Positions 61,928 to 64,000 of a DNA stretch of 64,000 bases are shown piece by piece (position 1 is the stretch's first letter; every line of letters starts with the position of its first letter). The DNA comes from Escherichia coli (lineage in GTDB: Bacteria > Pseudomonadota > Gammaproteobacteria > Enterobacterales > Enterobacteriaceae). The stretch is from assembly GCF_016903815.1 (NCBI RefSeq), contig NZ_CP069973.1. One strand, written 5' to 3'. The translations under genes and the position numbers were made by a program. The notes under the pieces were generated by a model. That model worked only from the letters and a program-made list of their open reading frames with translations, was not told where the DNA came from and made no database searches.

Positions 61928-64000
61928 TGTACCTCTATATTGAGACTCTGAAACAGAGACTGGATGCCATAAATCAATTGCGTGTGGATCGCGCGCTTGC
62001 TGCTATGGGGCCTGCATTCCAACAGGTCTACAGTCTACTGCCGACATTGTTGCACTATCACCATCCGCTAATGCCGGGTTACCTTGATGGTAACGTTCCC
62101 AAAGGCATTTGCCTTTACACGCCTGATGAAACTCAACGCCACTACCTGAACGAGCTTGAACTGTATCGTGGAATGTCAGTACAGGATCCGCCGAAAGGTG
62201 AGCTTCCAATTACTGGTGTATACACCATGGGCAGCACCTCGTCCGTAGGGCAAAGTTGTTCCTCTGACCTGGATATCTGGGTCTGTCATCAATCCTGGCT
62301 TGATAGCGAAGAGCGCCAGTTACTACAACGTAAATGCAGCCTGCTGGAAAGCTGGGCCGCCTCGCTGGGCGTGGAAGTTAGCTTCTTCCTGATTGATGAA
62401 AATCGCTTCCGTCATAATGAAAGCGGCAGCCTGGGGGGCGAAGATTGTGGCTCCACCCAGCATATACTGCTGCTTGACGAATTTTACCGTACCGCCGTGC
62501 GTCTCGCTGGTAAGCGTATTCTGTGGAATATGGTGCCGTGCGACGAAGAAGAGCATTACGACGACTATGTGATGACGCTTTACGCGCAGGGCGTGCTGAC
62601 GCCAAATGAATGGCTGGATCTCGGTGGTTTAAGCTCACTTTCTGCTGAAGAGTACTTTGGTGCCAGCCTTTGGCAGCTCTACAAGAGTATTGATTCCCCA
62701 TACAAAGCGGTGCTGAAAACACTGCTGCTGGAAGCCTATTCCTGGGAATACCCGAACCCACGTCTGCTGGCGAAAGATATCAAACAGCGTTTGCACGACG
62801 GCGAGATTGTATCGTTTGGCCTCGACCCGTACTGCATGATGCTGGAGCGTGTTACTGAATACCTGACGGCGATTGAAGATTTCACCCGTCTGGATTTAGT
62901 GCGTCGCTGCTTCTATTTAAAAGTGTGCGAAAAGCTCAGCCGTGAACGCGCCTGCGTAGGCTGGCGTCGTGAAGTGCTAACCCAGTTAGTGAAAGAGTGG
63001 GAATGGGACGATGCTCGTCTGGCAATGCTCGATAACCGCGCTAACTGGAAGATTGATCAGGTGCGTGAGGCGCACAACGAGCTGCTCGATGCAATGATGC
63101 AGAGCTACCGTAATCTGATCCGCTTTGCGCGTCGCAATAACCTGAGCGTCTCCGCCAGTCCGCAGGATATCGGCGTGCTGACGCGTAAACTGTACGCCGC
63201 GTTTGAAGCATTGCCAGGTAAAGTGACGCTGGTAAACCCGCAGATTTCGCCCGATCTCTCGGAACCGAATCTGACCTTTATTTATGTGCCGCCGGGCCGG
63301 GCTAACCGTTCAGGTTGGTATCTGTATAACCGCGCGCCAAATATTGAGTCGATCATCAGCCATCAGCCGCTGGAATATAACCGTTACCTGAATAAACTGG
63401 TGGCGTGGGCATGGTTTAACGGCCTGCTGACCTCGCGTACCCGCTTGTATATTAAAGGCAACGGCATTGTCGATTTGCCTAAGTTGCAGGAGATGGTCGC
63501 CGATGTGTCACACCATTTCCCGCTGCGCCTGCCTGCACCGACGCCAAAAGCGCTCTACAGCCCGTGTGAAATTCGCCATCTGGCGATTATCGTTAACCTG
63601 GAATATGACCCGACAGCTGCGTTCCGCAATCAGGTGGTGCATTTCGATTTCCGTAAGCTGGATGTCTTCAGCTTTGGCGAGAATCAAAATTGCCTGGTAG
63701 GTAGCGTGGACCTGCTGTATCGCAACTCGTGGAACGAAGTGCGTACGCTGCACTTCAACGGCGAGCAGTCGATGATCGAAGCCCTGAAAACTATTCTCGG
63801 CAAAATGCATCAGGACGCCGCACCGCCAGATAGCGTGGAAGTCTTCTGCTACAGCCAGCATCTGCGCGGATTAATCCGTACTCGCGTGCAGCAACTGGTT
63901 TCTGAGTGCATTGAACTGCGTCTTTCCAGCACCCGCCAGGAAACCGGGCGCTTCAAGGCGCTGCGCGTTTCTGGTCAAACCTGGGGCTTATTCTTCGAGC
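61928..64000 (+). CDS. cyaA: adenylate cyclase, 5' portion (runs past the window end)
   Basis: TTG start at 61928 followed by [38 protein letters not shown], the recognised CyaA N-terminus; frame open to position 64000; absent from the ORF track because no stop codon falls in the window. Confidence 0.93.

Overview
This window reads as a contiguous stretch of Escherichia coli core chromosome running from the 3' end of asnA to the 5' part of cyaA, and I do not find a convincing novel multi-gene system in it. Gene content and order follow the well-known K-12 layout: viaA-ravA, kup, the rbsDACBK-rbsR ribose operon, hsrA, yieP, a complete rrnC-type rRNA operon (16S-tRNA-Glu-23S-5S-tRNA-Asp-tRNA-Trp), hdfR, yifE, comM, the ilvLXGMEDA operon with ilvY/ilvC, ppiC, yifN, rep, gppA, rhlB, trxA, rhoL-rho, the enterobacterial common antigen (ECA) cluster, yifK, a four-tRNA operon (Arg-His-Leu-Pro), aslB/aslA, the GlmZ sRNA, hemYXDC and cyaA. 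All calls rest on the supplied ORF translations, on rRNA/tRNA/sRNA sequence I recognise directly, and on hairpins and promoter hexamers visible in the DNA; no database search was run, and K-12 comparisons are from memory. Four departures from the K-12 arrangement are visible: an IS200 copy inserted between kup and rbsD; an ECA cluster in which wecC is followed after only 40 bp by wecD, so rffG and rffH are missing; an uninterrupted 548-codon ilvG; and yifN present as an intact, standalone PemK/MazF-like gene with its own ribosome-binding site and terminator but no adjacent antitoxin. There is no CRISPR array, prophage, integron or defence island. The missing rffG-rffH pair, the IS200 insertion and orphan yifN are the items most worth follow-up, and all three may be ordinary strain variation.
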